Source: Auanema rhodensis
Taxonomy: Eukaryota; Animalia; Nematoda
Assembly: GCA_964057225.1 (NCBI GenBank)
Contig: OZ059895.1
Span: 1,922,001 to 1,986,000, forward strand
Length of the DNA stretch: 64,000 bases
Reading direction: 5' to 3'
The notes below the pieces were generated by a model. It did not search any database. It had not been told where the DNA came from and worked only from the letters and a program-made list of their open reading frames with translations. Both the position numbers and the translations under genes were made by a program. This document shows, piece after piece, positions 43,525-57,212 of this stretch (positions are counted from its first letter, which is position 1; the number at the start of each line of letters is the position of its first letter).

Positions 43525-45279
43525 GAATAACATTGTCCATCGTCTTTGCCTTGAAAAATGGAATCTAAAAACATCTACTTTTTGCTAAATTATTTTGAAA
43601 TTTTTCGAAAAAATTTTTGTCAAAATGTTTTTGGAAGCAATGTTGAGTGTACATGGAAACTCAACATACACTAATGCATCATTTTTCAAACGATCATAAC
43701 TAATTTTTGTATTAAGCTTTTCTCAATGTAGTATAGTGCATTCGATGCGGATTTTTAAGCTGCGTCGATCTGTGTTATCAGATTTGCGCTAGCTTAAAAA
43801 TGCACCGAGATATCAACTGATATAAGTTTACACTTATATCCTCGATTTTCACCCTGAAGAATTAATTTTTTCGTTGAATAACATCGTCCATCGTCTTTGC
43901 CTTGAAAAATGGAATCTAAAAACATCTACTTTTTGCTAAATTATTTTGAAATTTTTCGAAAAAATTTTTGTCAAAATGTTTTTGGAAGCAATGTTGAGTG
44001 TACGTGGAAACTCAACATACACTAATGCATCATGTTTCAAACGATCATAACTAATTTTTGTATTAAGCTTTTCTCAATGTAGTATAGTGCATTCGATGCG
44101 GATTTTTAAGCTGCGTCGATCTGTGTTATCAGATTTGCGCTAGCTTAACAATGCACCGAGATATCAACTGATATAAGTTCACACTTATATCCTCGATTTT
44201 CACCCTGAAGAATTAATTTTTTCGTTGAATAACATTGTCCATCGTCTTTGCCTTGAAAAAAGGAATCTAAAAACATCTACTTTTTGCTAAATTATTTTGA
44301 AATTTTTCGAAAAAATTTTTGTCAAAATGTTTTTGGAAGCAATGTTGAGTGTACATGGAAACTCAACATACACTAATGCATCATTTTTCAAACGATCATA
44401 ACTAATTTTTGTATTAAGCGTTTTTCAATGTAGTATAGTGCATTCGATGCGGATTTTTAAGCTGCGTCGATCTGTGTTATCAGATTTGCGCTAGCTTAAC
44501 AATGCACCGAGATATCAACTGATATAAGTTCACACTTATATCCTCGATTTTCACCCTGAAGAATTAATTTTTTCGTTGAATAACATTGTCCATCGTCTTT
44601 GCCTTGAAAAAAGGAATCTAAAAACATCTACTTTTTGCTAAATTATTTTGAAATTTTTCGAAAAAATTTTTGTCAAAATGTTTTTGGAAGCAATGTTGAG
44701 TGTACATGGAAACTCAACATACACTAATGCATCATTTTTCAAACGATTATAACTAATTTTTGTATTAAGCTTTTCTCAATGTAGTATAGTGCATTCGATG
44801 CGGATTTTTAAGCTGCGTCGATCTGTGTTATCAGATTTGCGCTAGCTTAAAAATGCACCGAGATATCAACTGATATAAGTTCACACTTATATCCTCGATT
44901 TTCACCCTGAAGAATTAATTTTTTCGTTGAATAACATTGTCCATCGTCTTTGCCTTGAAAAAAGGAATCTAAAAACATCTACTTTTTGCTAAATTATTTT
45001 GAAATTTTTCGAAAAAATTTTTGTCAAAATGTTTTTGGAAGCAATGTTGAGTGTACATGGAAACTCAACATACACTAATGCATCATTTTTCAAACGATCA
45101 TAACTAATTTTTGTATTAAGCGTTTTTCAATGTAGTATAGTGCATTCGATGCGGATTTTTAAGCTGCGTCGATCTGTGTTATCAGATTTGCGCTAGCTTA
45201 ACAATGCACCGAGATATCAACTGATATAAGTTCACACTTATATCCTCGATTTTCACCCTGAAGAATTAATTTTTTCGTT

Positions 45280-45629
45280 GAATAACATTGTTCATCGTCT
45301 TTGCCTTGAAAAATGGAATCTAAAAACATCTACTTTTGCTAAATTATTTTGAAATTTTTCGAAAAAATTTTTGTCAAAATGTTTTTGGAAGCAATGTTGA
45401 GTGTACATGGAAACTCAACATACACTAATGCATCATTTTTCAAACGATCATAACTAATTTTTGTATTAAGCGTTTCTCAATGTAGTATAGTGCATTCGAT
45501 GCGGATTTTTAAGCTGCGTCGATCTGTGTTATCAGATTTGCGCTAGCTTAAAAATGCACCGAGATATCAACTGATATAAGTTCACACTTATATCCTCGAT
45601 TTTCACCCTGAAGAATTAATTTTTTCGTT
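45280..45629. repeat. Single 350-bp monomer (1-bp deletion in a T5 tract)
   Basis: CTACTTTTGCT at 45330-45340 versus consensus CTACTTTTTGCT. The array phase shifts by -1 downstream. Confidence 0.95.
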
Positions 45630-47735
45630 GAATAACATTGTCCATCGTCTTTGCCTTGAAAAAAGGAATCTAAAAACATCTACTTTTTGCTAAATTATTT
45701 TGAAATTTTTCGAAAAAATTTTTGTCAAAATGTTTTTGGAAGCAATGTTGAGTGTACATGGAAACTCAACATACACTAATGCATCATTTTTCAAACGATC
45801 ATAACTAATTTTTGTATTAAGCGTTTTTCAATGTAGTATAGTGCATTCGATGCGGATTTTTAAGCTGCGTCGATCTGTGTTATCAGATTTGCGCTAGCTT
45901 AACAATGCATTGAGATATCAACTGATATAAGTTCACACTTATATCCTCGATTTTCACCCTGAAGAATTAATTTTTTCGTTGAATAACATTGTCCATCGTC
46001 TTTGCCTTGAAAAATGGAATCTAAAAACATCTACTTTTTGCTAAATTATTTTGAAATTTTTCGAAAAAATTTTTGTCAAAATGTTTTTGGAAGCAATGTT
46101 GAGTGTACATGGAAACTCAACATACACTAATGCATCATTTTTCAAACGATTATAACTAATTTTTGTATTAAGCTTTTCTCAATGTAGTATAGTGCATTCG
46201 ATGCGGATTTTTAAGCTGCGTCGATCTGTGTTATCAGATTTGCGCTAGCTTAAAAATGCACCGAGATATCAACTGATATAAGTTCACACTTATATCCTCG
46301 ATTTTCACCCTGAAGAATTAATTTTTTCGTTGAATAACATTGTCCATCGTCTTTGCCTTGAAAAATGGAATCTAAAAACATCTACTTTTTGCTAAATTAT
46401 TTTGAAATTTTTCGAAAAAATTTTTGTCAAAATGTTTTTGGAAGCAATGTTGAGTGTACATGGAAACTCAACATACACTAATGCATCATTTTTCAAACGA
46501 TCATAACTAATTTTTGTATTAAGCTTTTCTCAATGTAGTATAGTGCATTCGATGCGGATTTTTAAGCTGCGTCGATCTGTGTTATCAGATTTGCGCTAGC
46601 TTAACAATGCACCGAGATATCAACTGATATAAGTTCACACTTATATCCTCGATTTTCACCCTGAAGAATTAATTTTTTCGTTGAATAACATTGTCCATCG
46701 TCTTTGCCTTGAAAAATGGAATCTAAAAACATCTACTTTTTGCTAAATTATTCTGAAATTTTTCGAAAAAATTTTTGTCAAAATGTTTTTGGAAGCAATG
46801 TTGAGTGTACATGGAAACTCAACATACACTAATGCATCATTTTTCAAACGATTATAACTAATTTTTGTATTAAGCTTTTCTCAATGTAGTATAGTGCATT
46901 CGATGCGGATTTTTAAGCTGCGTCGATCTGTGTTATCAGATTTGCGCTAGCTTAAAAATGCACCGAGATATCAACTGATATAAGTTCACACTTATATCCT
47001 CGATTTTCACCCTGAAGAATTAATTTTTTCGTTGAATAACATTGTCCATCGTCTTTGCCTTGAAAAATGGAATCTAAAAACATCTACTTTTTGCTAAATT
47101 ATTTTGAAATTTTTCGAAAAAATTTTTGTCAAAATGTTTTTGGAAGCAATGTTGAGTGTACATGGAAACTCAACATACACTAATGCATCATTTTTCAAAC
47201 GATCATAACTAATTTTTGTATTAAGCTTTTCTCAATGTAGTATAGTGCATTCGATGCGGATTTTTAAGCTGCGTCGATCTGTGTTATCAGATTTGCGCTA
47301 GCTTAAAAATGCACCGAGATATCAACTGATATAAGTTCACACTTATATCCTCGATTTTCACCCTGAAGAATTAATTTTTTCGTTGAATAACATCGTCCAT
47401 CGTCTTTGCCTTGAAAAATGGAATCTAAAAACATCTACTTTTTGCTAAATTATTTTGAAATTTTTCGAAAAAATTTTTGTCAAAATGTTTTTGGAAGCAA
47501 TGTTGAGTGTACATGGAAACTCAACATACACTAATGCATCATTTTTCAAACGATCATAACTAATTTTTGTATTAAGCTTTTCTCAATGTAGTATAGTGCA
47601 TTCGATGCGGATTTTTAAGCTGCGTCGATCTGTGTTATCAGATTTGCGCTAGCTTAAAAATGCACCGAGATATCAACTGATATAAGTTCACACTTATATC
47701 CTCGATTTTCACCCTGAAGAATTAATTTTTTCGTT

Positions 47736-50700
47736 GAATAACATCGTCCATCGTCTTTGCCTTGGAAAATGGAATCTAAAAACATCTACTTTTTGCTAAA
47801 TTATTTTGAAATTTTTCGAAAAAATTTTTGTCAAAATGTTTTTGGAAGCAATGTTGAGTGTACATGGAAACTCAACATACACTAATGCATCATTTTTCAA
47901 ACGATTATAACTAATTTTTGTATTAAGCTTTTCTCAATGTAGTATAGTGCATTCGATGCGGATTTTTAAGCTGCGTCGATCTGTGTTATCAGATTTGCGC
48001 TAGCTTAAAAATGCACCGAGATATCAACTGATATAAGTTCACACTTATATCCTCGATTTTCACCCTGAAGAATTAATTTTTTCGTTGAATAACATTGTCC
48101 ATCGTCTTTGCCTTGAAAAATGGAATCTAAAAACATCTACTTTTTGCTAAATTATTTTGAAATTTTTCGAAAAAATTTTTGTCAAAATGTTTTTGGAAGC
48201 AATGTTGAGTGTACATGGAAACTCAACATACACTAATGCATCATTTTTCAAACGATCATAACTAATTTTTGTATTAAGCGTTTCTCAATGTAGTATAGTG
48301 CATTCGATGCGGATTTTTAAGCTGCGTCGATCTGTGTTATCAGATTTGCGCTAGCTTAAAAATGCACCGAGATATCAACTGATATAAGTTCACACTTATA
48401 TCCTCGATTTTCACCCTGAAGAATTAATTTTTTCGTTGAATAACATTGTCCATCGTCTTTGCCTTGAAAAATGGAATCTAAAAACATCTACTTTTTGCTA
48501 AATTATTTTGAAATTTTTCGAAAAAATTTTTGTCAAAATGTTTTTGGAAGCAATGTTGAGTGTACATGGAAACTCAACATACACTAATGCATCATTTTTC
48601 AAACGATCATAACTAATTTTTGTATTAAGCGTTTCTCAATGTAGTATAGTGCATTCGATGCGGATTTTTAAGCTGCGTCGATCTGTGTTATCAGATTTGC
48701 GCTAGCTTAAAAATGCACCGAGATATCAACTGATATAAGTTCACACTTATATCCTCGATTTTCACCCTGAAGAATTAATTTTTTCGTTGAATAACATCGT
48801 CCATCGTCTTTGCCTTGGAAAATGGAATCTAAAAACATCTACTTTTTGCTAAATTATTTTGAAATTTTTCGAAAAAATTTTTGTCAAAATGTTTTTGGAA
48901 GCAATGTTGAGTGTACATGGAAACTCAACATACACTAATGCATCATTTTTCAAACGATTATAACTAATTTTTGTATTAAGCTTTTCTCAATGTAGTATAG
49001 TGCATTCGATGCGGATTTTTAAGCTGCGTCGATCTGTGTTATCAGATTTGCGCTAGCTTAAAAATGCACCGAGATATCAACTGATATAAGTTCACACTTA
49101 TATCCTCGATTTTCACCCTGAAGAATTAATTTTTTCGTTGAATAACATTGTCCATCGTCTTTGCCTTGAAAAATGGAATCTAAAAACATCTACTTTTTGC
49201 TAAATTATTTTGAAATTTTTCGAAAAAATTTTTGTCAAAATGTTTTTGGAAGCAATGTTGAGTGTACATGGAAACTCAACATACACTAATGCATCATTTT
49301 TCAAACGATCATAACTAATTTTTGTATTAAGCGTTTCTCAATGTAGTATAGTGCATTCGATGCGGATTTTTAAGCTGCGTCGATCTGTGTTATCAGATTT
49401 GCGCTAGCTTAAAAATGCACCGAGATATCAACTGATATAAGTTCACACTTATATCCTCGATTTTCACCCTGAAGAATTAATTTTTTCGTTGAATAACATT
49501 GTCCATCGTCTTTGCCTTGAAAAATGGAATCTAAAAACATCTACTTTTTGCTAAATTATTTTGAAATTTTTCGAAAAAATTTTTGTCAAAATGTTTTTGG
49601 AAGCAATGTTGAGTGTACATGGAAACTCAACATACACTAATGCATCATTTTTCAAACGATCATAACTAATTTTTGTATTAAGCGTTTCTCAATGTAGTAT
49701 AGTGCATTCGATGCGGATTTTTAAGCTGCGTCGATCTGTGTTATCAGATTTGCGCTAGCTTAAAAATGCACCGAGATATCAACTGATATAAGTTCACACT
49801 TATATCCTCGATTTTCACCCTGAAGAATTAATTTTTTCGTTGAATAACATCGTCCATCGTCTTTGCCTTGGAAAATGGAATCTAAAAACATCTACTTTTT
49901 GCTAAATTATTTTGAAATTTTTCGAAAAAATTTTTGTCAAAATGTTTTTGGAAGCAATGTTGAGTGTACATGGAAACTCAACATACACTAATGCATCATT
50001 TTTCAAACGATTATAACTAATTTTTGTATTAAGCTTTTCTCAATGTAGTATAGTGCATTCGATGCGGATTTTTAAGCTGCGTCGATCTGTGTTATCAGAT
50101 TTGCGCTAGCTTAAAAATGCACCGAGATATCAACTGATATAAGTTCACACTTATATCCTCGATTTTCACCCTGAAGAATTAATTTTTTCGTTGAATAACA
50201 TTGTCCATCGTCTTTGCCTTGAAAAATGGAATCTAAAAACATCTACTTTTTGCTAAATTATTTTGAAATTTTTCGAAAAAATTTTTGTCAAAATGTTTTT
50301 GGAAGCAATGTTGAGTGTACATGGAAACTCAACATACACTAATGCATCATTTTTCAAACGATCATAACTAATTTTTGTATTAAGCGTTTCTCAATGTAGT
50401 ATAGTGCATTCGATGCGGATTTTTAAGCTGCGTCGATCTGTGTTATCAGATTTGCGCTAGCTTAAAAATGCACCGAGATATCAACTGATATAAGTTCACA
50501 CTTATATCCTCGATTTTCACCCTGAAGAATTAATTTTTTCGTTGAATAACATCGTCTATCGTCTTTGCCTTGAAAAATGGAATCTAAAAACATCTACTTT
50601 TTGCTAAATTATTTTGAAATTTTTCGAAAAAATTTTTGTCAAAATGTTTTTGGAAGCAATGTTGAGTGTACATGGAAACTCAACATACACTAATGCATCA

Positions 50701-53700
50701 TTTTTCAAACGATCATAACTAATTTTTGTATTAAGCGTTTCTCAATGTAGTATAGTGCATTCGATGCGGATTTTTAAGCTGCGTCGATCTGTGTTATCAG
50801 ATTTGCGCTAGCTTAAAAATGCACCGAGATATCAACTGATATAAGTTCACACTTATATCCTCGATTTTCACCCTGAAGAATTAATTTTTTCGTTGAATAA
50901 CATTGTCCATCGTCTTTGCCTTGAAAAATGGAATCTAAAAACATCTACTTTTTGCTAAATTATTTTGAAATTTTTCGAAAAAATTTTTGTCAAAATGTTT
51001 TTGGAAGCAATGTTGAGTGTACATGGAAACTCAACATACACTAATGCATCATTTTTCAAACGATCATAACTAATTTTTGTATTAAGCGTTTCTCAATGTA
51101 GTATAGTGCATTCGATGCGGATTTTTAAGCTGCGTCGATCTGTGTTATCAGATTTGCGCTAGCTTAAAAATGCACCGAGATATCAACTGATATAAGTTCA
51201 CACTTATATCCTCGATTTTCACCCTGAAGAATTAATTTTTTCGTTGAATAACATTGTCCATCGTCTTTGCCTTGAAAAATGGAATCTAAAAACATCTACT
51301 TTTTGCTAAATTATTTTGAAATTTTTCGAAAAAATTTTTGTCAAAATGTTTTTGGAAGCAATGTTGAGTGTACATGGAAACTCAACATACACTAATGCAT
51401 CATTTTTCAAACGATCATAACTAATTTTTGTATTAAGCGTTTCTCAATGTAGTATAGTGCATTCGATGCGGATTTTTAAGCTGCGTCGATCTGTGTTATC
51501 AGATTTGCGCTAGCTTAAAAATGCACCGAGATATCAACTGATATAAGTTCACACTTATATCCTCGATTTTCACCCTGAAGAATTAATTTTTTCGTTGAAT
51601 AACATCGTCCATCGTCTTTGCCTTGGAAAATGGAATCTAAAAACATCTACTTTTTGCTAAATTATTTTGAAATTTTTCGAAAAAATTTTTGTCAAAATGT
51701 TTTTGGAAGCAATGTTGAGTGTACATGGAAACTCAACATACACTAATGCATCATTTTTCAAACGATTATAACTAATTTTTGTATTAAGCTTTTCTCAATG
51801 TAGTATAGTGCATTCGATGCGGATTTTTAAGCTGCGTCGATCTGTGTTATCAGATTTGCGCTAGCTTAAAAATGCACCGAGATATCAACTGATATAAGTT
51901 CACACTTATATCCTCGATTTTCACCCTGAAGAATTAATTTTTTCGTTGAATAACATTGTCCATCGTCTTTGCCTTGAAAAATGGAATCTAAAAACATCTA
52001 CTTTTTGCTAAATTATTTTGAAATTTTTCGAAAAAATTTTTGTCAAAATGTTTTTGGAAGCAATGTTGAGTGTACATGGAAACTCAACATACACTAATGC
52101 ATCATTTTTCAAACGATCATAACTAATTTTTGTATTAAGCGTTTCTCAATGTAGTATAGTGCATTCGATGCGGATTTTTAAGCTGCGTCGATCTGTGTTA
52201 TCAGATTTGCGCTAGCTTAAAAATGCACCGAGATATCAACTGATATAAGTTCACACTTATATCCTCGATTTTCACCCTGAAGAATTAATTTTTTCGTTGA
52301 ATAACATCGTCTATCGTCTTTGCCTTGAAAAATGGAATCTAAAAACATCTACTTTTTGCTAAATTATTTTGAAATTTTTCGAAAAAATTTTTGTCAAAAT
52401 GTTTTTGGAAGCAATGTTGAGTGTACATGGAAACTCAACATACACTAATGCATCATTTTTCAAACGATCATAACTAATTTTTGTATTAAGCGTTTCTCAA
52501 TGTAGTATAGTGCATTCGATGCGGATTTTTAAGCTGCGTCGATCTGTGTTATCAGATTTGCGCTAGCTTAAAAATGCACCGAGATATCAACTGATATAAG
52601 TTCACACTTATATCCTCGATTTTCACCCTGAAGAATTAATTTTTTCGTTGAATAACATTGTCCATCGTCTTTGCCTTGAAAAATGGAATCTAAAAACATC
52701 TACTTTTTGCTAAATTATTTTGAAATTTTTCGAAAAAATTTTTGTCAAAATGTTTTTGGAAGCAATGTTGAGTGTACATGGAAACTCAACATACACTAAT
52801 GCATCATTTTTCAAACGATCATAACTAATTTTTGTATTAAGCGTTTCTCAATGTAGTATAGTGCATTCGATGCGGATTTTTAAGCTGCGTCGATCTGTGT
52901 TATCAGATTTGCGCTAGCTTAAAAATGCACCGAGATATCAACTGATATAAGTTCACACTTATATCCTCGATTTTCACCCTGAAGAATTAATTTTTTCGTT
53001 GAATAACATTGTCCATCGTCTTTGCCTTGAAAAATGGAATCTAAAAACATCTACTTTTTGCTAAATTATTTTGAAATTTTTCGAAAAAATTTTTGTCAAA
53101 ATGTTTTTGGAAGCAATGTTGAGTGTACATGGAAACTCAACATACACTAATGCATCATTTTTCAAACGATCATAACTAATTTTTGTATTAAGCGTTTCTC
53201 AATGTAGTATAGTGCATTCGATGCGGATTTTTAAGCTGCGTCGATCTGTGTTATCAGATTTGCGCTAGCTTAAAAATGCACCGAGATATCAACTGATATA
53301 AGTTCACACTTATATCCTCGATTTTCACCCTGAAGAATTAATTTTTTCGTTGAATAACATCGTCCATCGTCTTTGCCTTGGAAAATGGAATCTAAAAACA
53401 TCTACTTTTTGCTAAATTATTTTGAAATTTTTCGAAAAAATTTTTGTCAAAATGTTTTTGGAAGCAATGTTGAGTGTACATGGAAACTCAACATACACTA
53501 ATGCATCATTTTTCAAACGATTATAACTAATTTTTGTATTAAGCTTTTCTCAATGTAGTATAGTGCATTCGATGCGGATTTTTAAGCTGCGTCGATCTGT
53601 GTTATCAGATTTGCGCTAGCTTAAAAATGCACCGAGATATCAACTGATATAAGTTCACACTTATATCCTCGATTTTCACCCTGAAGAATTAATTTTTTCG

Positions 53701-56700
53701 TTGAATAACATTGTCCATCGTCTTTGCCTTGAAAAATGGAATCTAAAAACATCTACTTTTTGCTAAATTATTTTGAAATTTTTCGAAAAAATTTTTGTCA
53801 AAATGTTTTTGGAAGCAATGTTGAGTGTACATGGAAACTCAACATACACTAATGCATCATTTTTCAAACGATCATAACTAATTTTTGTATTAAGCGTTTC
53901 TCAATGTAGTATAGTGCATTCGATGCGGATTTTTAAGCTGCGTCGATCTGTGTTATCAGATTTGCGCTAGCTTAAAAATGCACCGAGATATCAACTGATA
54001 TAAGTTCACACTTATATCCTCGATTTTCACCCTGAAGAATTAATTTTTTCGTTGAATAACATTGTCCATCGTCTTTGCCTTGAAAAATGGAATCTAAAAA
54101 CATCTACTTTTTGCTAAATTATTTTGAAATTTTTCGAAAAAATTTTTGTCAAAATGTTTTTGGAAGCAATGTTGAGTGTACATGGAAACTCAACATACAC
54201 TAATGCATCATTTTTCAAACGATCATAACTAATTTTTGTATTAAGCGTTTCTCAATGTAGTATAGTGCATTCGATGCGGATTTTTAAGCTGCGTCGATCT
54301 GTGTTATCAGATTTGCGCTAGCTTAAAAATGCACCGAGATATCAACTGATATAAGTTCACACTTATATCCTCGATTTTCACCCTGAAGAATTAATTTTTT
54401 CGTTGAATAACATCGTCCATCGTCTTTGCCTTGGAAAATGGAATCTAAAAACATCTACTTTTTGCTAAATTATTTTGAAATTTTTCGAAAAAATTTTTGT
54501 CAAAATGTTTTTGGAAGCAATGTTGAGTGTACATGGAAACTCAACATACACTAATGCATCATTTTTCAAACGATTATAACTAATTTTTGTATTAAGCTTT
54601 TCTCAATGTAGTATAGTGCATTCGATGCGGATTTTTAAGCTGCGTCGATCTGTGTTATCAGATTTGCGCTAGCTTAAAAATGCACCGAGATATCAACTGA
54701 TATAAGTTCACACTTATATCCTCGATTTTCACCCTGAAGAATTAATTTTTTCGTTGAATAACATTGTCCATCGTCTTTGCCTTGAAAAATGGAATCTAAA
54801 AACATCTACTTTTTGCTAAATTATTTTGAAATTTTTCGAAAAAATTTTTGTCAAAATGTTTTTGGAAGCAATGTTGAGTGTACATGGAAACTCAACATAC
54901 ACTAATGCATCATTTTTCAAACGATCATAACTAATTTTTGTATTAAGCGTTTCTCAATGTAGTATAGTGCATTCGATGCGGATTTTTAAGCTGCGTCGAT
55001 CTGTGTTATCAGATTTGCGCTAGCTTAAAAATGCACCGAGATATCAACTGATATAAGTTCACACTTATATCCTCGATTTTCACCCTGAAGAATTAATTTT
55101 TTCGTTGAATAACATCGTCTATCGTCTTTGCCTTGAAAAATGGAATCTAAAAACATCTACTTTTTGCTAAATTATTTTGAAATTTTTCGAAAAAATTTTT
55201 GTCAAAATGTTTTTGGAAGCAATGTTGAGTGTACATGGAAACTCAACATACACTAATGCATCATTTTTCAAACGATCATAACTAATTTTTGTATTAAGCG
55301 TTTCTCAATGTAGTATAGTGCATTCGATGCGGATTTTTAAGCTGCGTCGATCTGTGTTATCAGATTTGCGCTAGCTTAAAAATGCACCGAGATATCAACT
55401 GATATAAGTTCACACTTATATCCTCGATTTTCACCCTGAAGAATTAATTTTTTCGTTGAATAACATTGTCCATCGTCTTTGCCTTGAAAAATGGAATCTA
55501 AAAACATCTACTTTTTGCTAAATTATTTTGAAATTTTTCGAAAAAATTTTTGTCAAAATGTTTTTGGAAGCAATGTTGAGTGTACATGGAAACTCAACAT
55601 ACACTAATGCATCATTTTTCAAACGATCATAACTAATTTTTGTATTAAGCGTTTCTCAATGTAGTATAGTGCATTCGATGCGGATTTTTAAGCTGCGTCG
55701 ATCTGTGTTATCAGATTTGCGCTAGCTTAAAAATGCACCGAGATATCAACTGATATAAGTTCACACTTATATCCTCGATTTTCACCCTGAAGAATTAATT
55801 TTTTCGTTGAATAACATCGTCCATCGTCTTTGCCTTGGAAAATGGAATCTAAAAACATCTACTTTTTGCTAAATTATTTTGAAATTTTTCGAAAAAATTT
55901 TTGTCAAAATGTTTTTGGAAGCAATGTTGAGTGTACATGGAAACTCAACATACACTAATGCATCATTTTTCAAACGATTATAACTAATTTTTGTATTAAG
56001 CTTTTCTCAATGTAGTATAGTGCATTCGATGCGGATTTTTAAGCTGCGTCGATCTGTGTTATCAGATTTGCGCTAGCTTAAAAATGCACCGAGATATCAA
56101 CTGATATAAGTTCACACTTATATCCTCGATTTTCACCCTGAAGAATTAATTTTTTCGTTGAATAACATTGTCCATCGTCTTTGCCTTGAAAAATGGAATC
56201 TAAAAACATCTACTTTTTGCTAAATTATTTTGAAATTTTTCGAAAAAATTTTTGTCAAAATGTTTTTGGAAGCAATGTTGAGTGTACATGGAAACTCAAC
56301 ATACACTAATGCATCATTTTTCAAACGATCATAACTAATTTTTGTATTAAGCGTTTCTCAATGTAGTATAGTGCATTCGATGCGGATTTTTAAGCTGCGT
56401 CGATCTGTGTTATCAGATTTGCGCTAGCTTAAAAATGCACCGAGATATCAACTGATATAAGTTCACACTTATATCCTCGATTTTCACCCTGAAGAATTAA
56501 TTTTTTCGTTGAATAACATCGTCTATCGTCTTTGCCTTGAAAAATGGAATCTAAAAACATCTACTTTTTGCTAAATTATTTTGAAATTTTTCGAAAAAAT
56601 TTTTGTCAAAATGTTTTTGGAAGCAATGTTGAGTGTACATGGAAACTCAACATACACTAATGCATCATTTTTCAAACGATCATAACTAATTTTTGTATTA

Positions 56701-57212
56701 AGCGTTTCTCAATGTAGTATAGTGCATTCGATGCGGATTTTTAAGCTGCGTCGATCTGTGTTATCAGATTTGCGCTAGCTTAAAAATGCACCGAGATATC
56801 AACTGATATAAGTTCACACTTATATCCTCGATTTTCACCCTGAAGAATTAATTTTTTCGTTGAATAACATCGTCTATCGTCTTTGCCTTGAAAAATGGAA
56901 TCTAAAAACATCTACTTTTTGCTAAATTATTTTGAAATTTTTCGAAAAAATTTTTGTCAAAATGTTTTTGGAAGCAATGTTGAGTGTACATGGAAACTCA
57001 ACATACACTAATGCATCATTTTTCAAACGATTATAACTAATTTTTGTATTAAGCTTTTCTCAATGTAGTATAGTGCATTCGATGCGGATTTTTAAGCTGC
57101 GTCGATCTGTGTTATCAGATTTGCGCTAGCTTAAAAATGCACCGAGATATCAACTGATATAAGTTCACACTTATATCCTCGATTTTCACCCTGAAGAATT
57201 AATTTTTTCGTT
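47736..57212. repeat. Variable 3/4/5-mer higher-order repeat built from three monomer types
   Basis: A30G occurs at 47765, 48818, 49871, 51626, 53381, 54434 and 55838 (spacings of 3, 3, 5, 5, 3, 4 monomers). T10C+C14T monomers start at 50544, 52299, 55107, 56511 and 56862. Confidence 0.9.
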
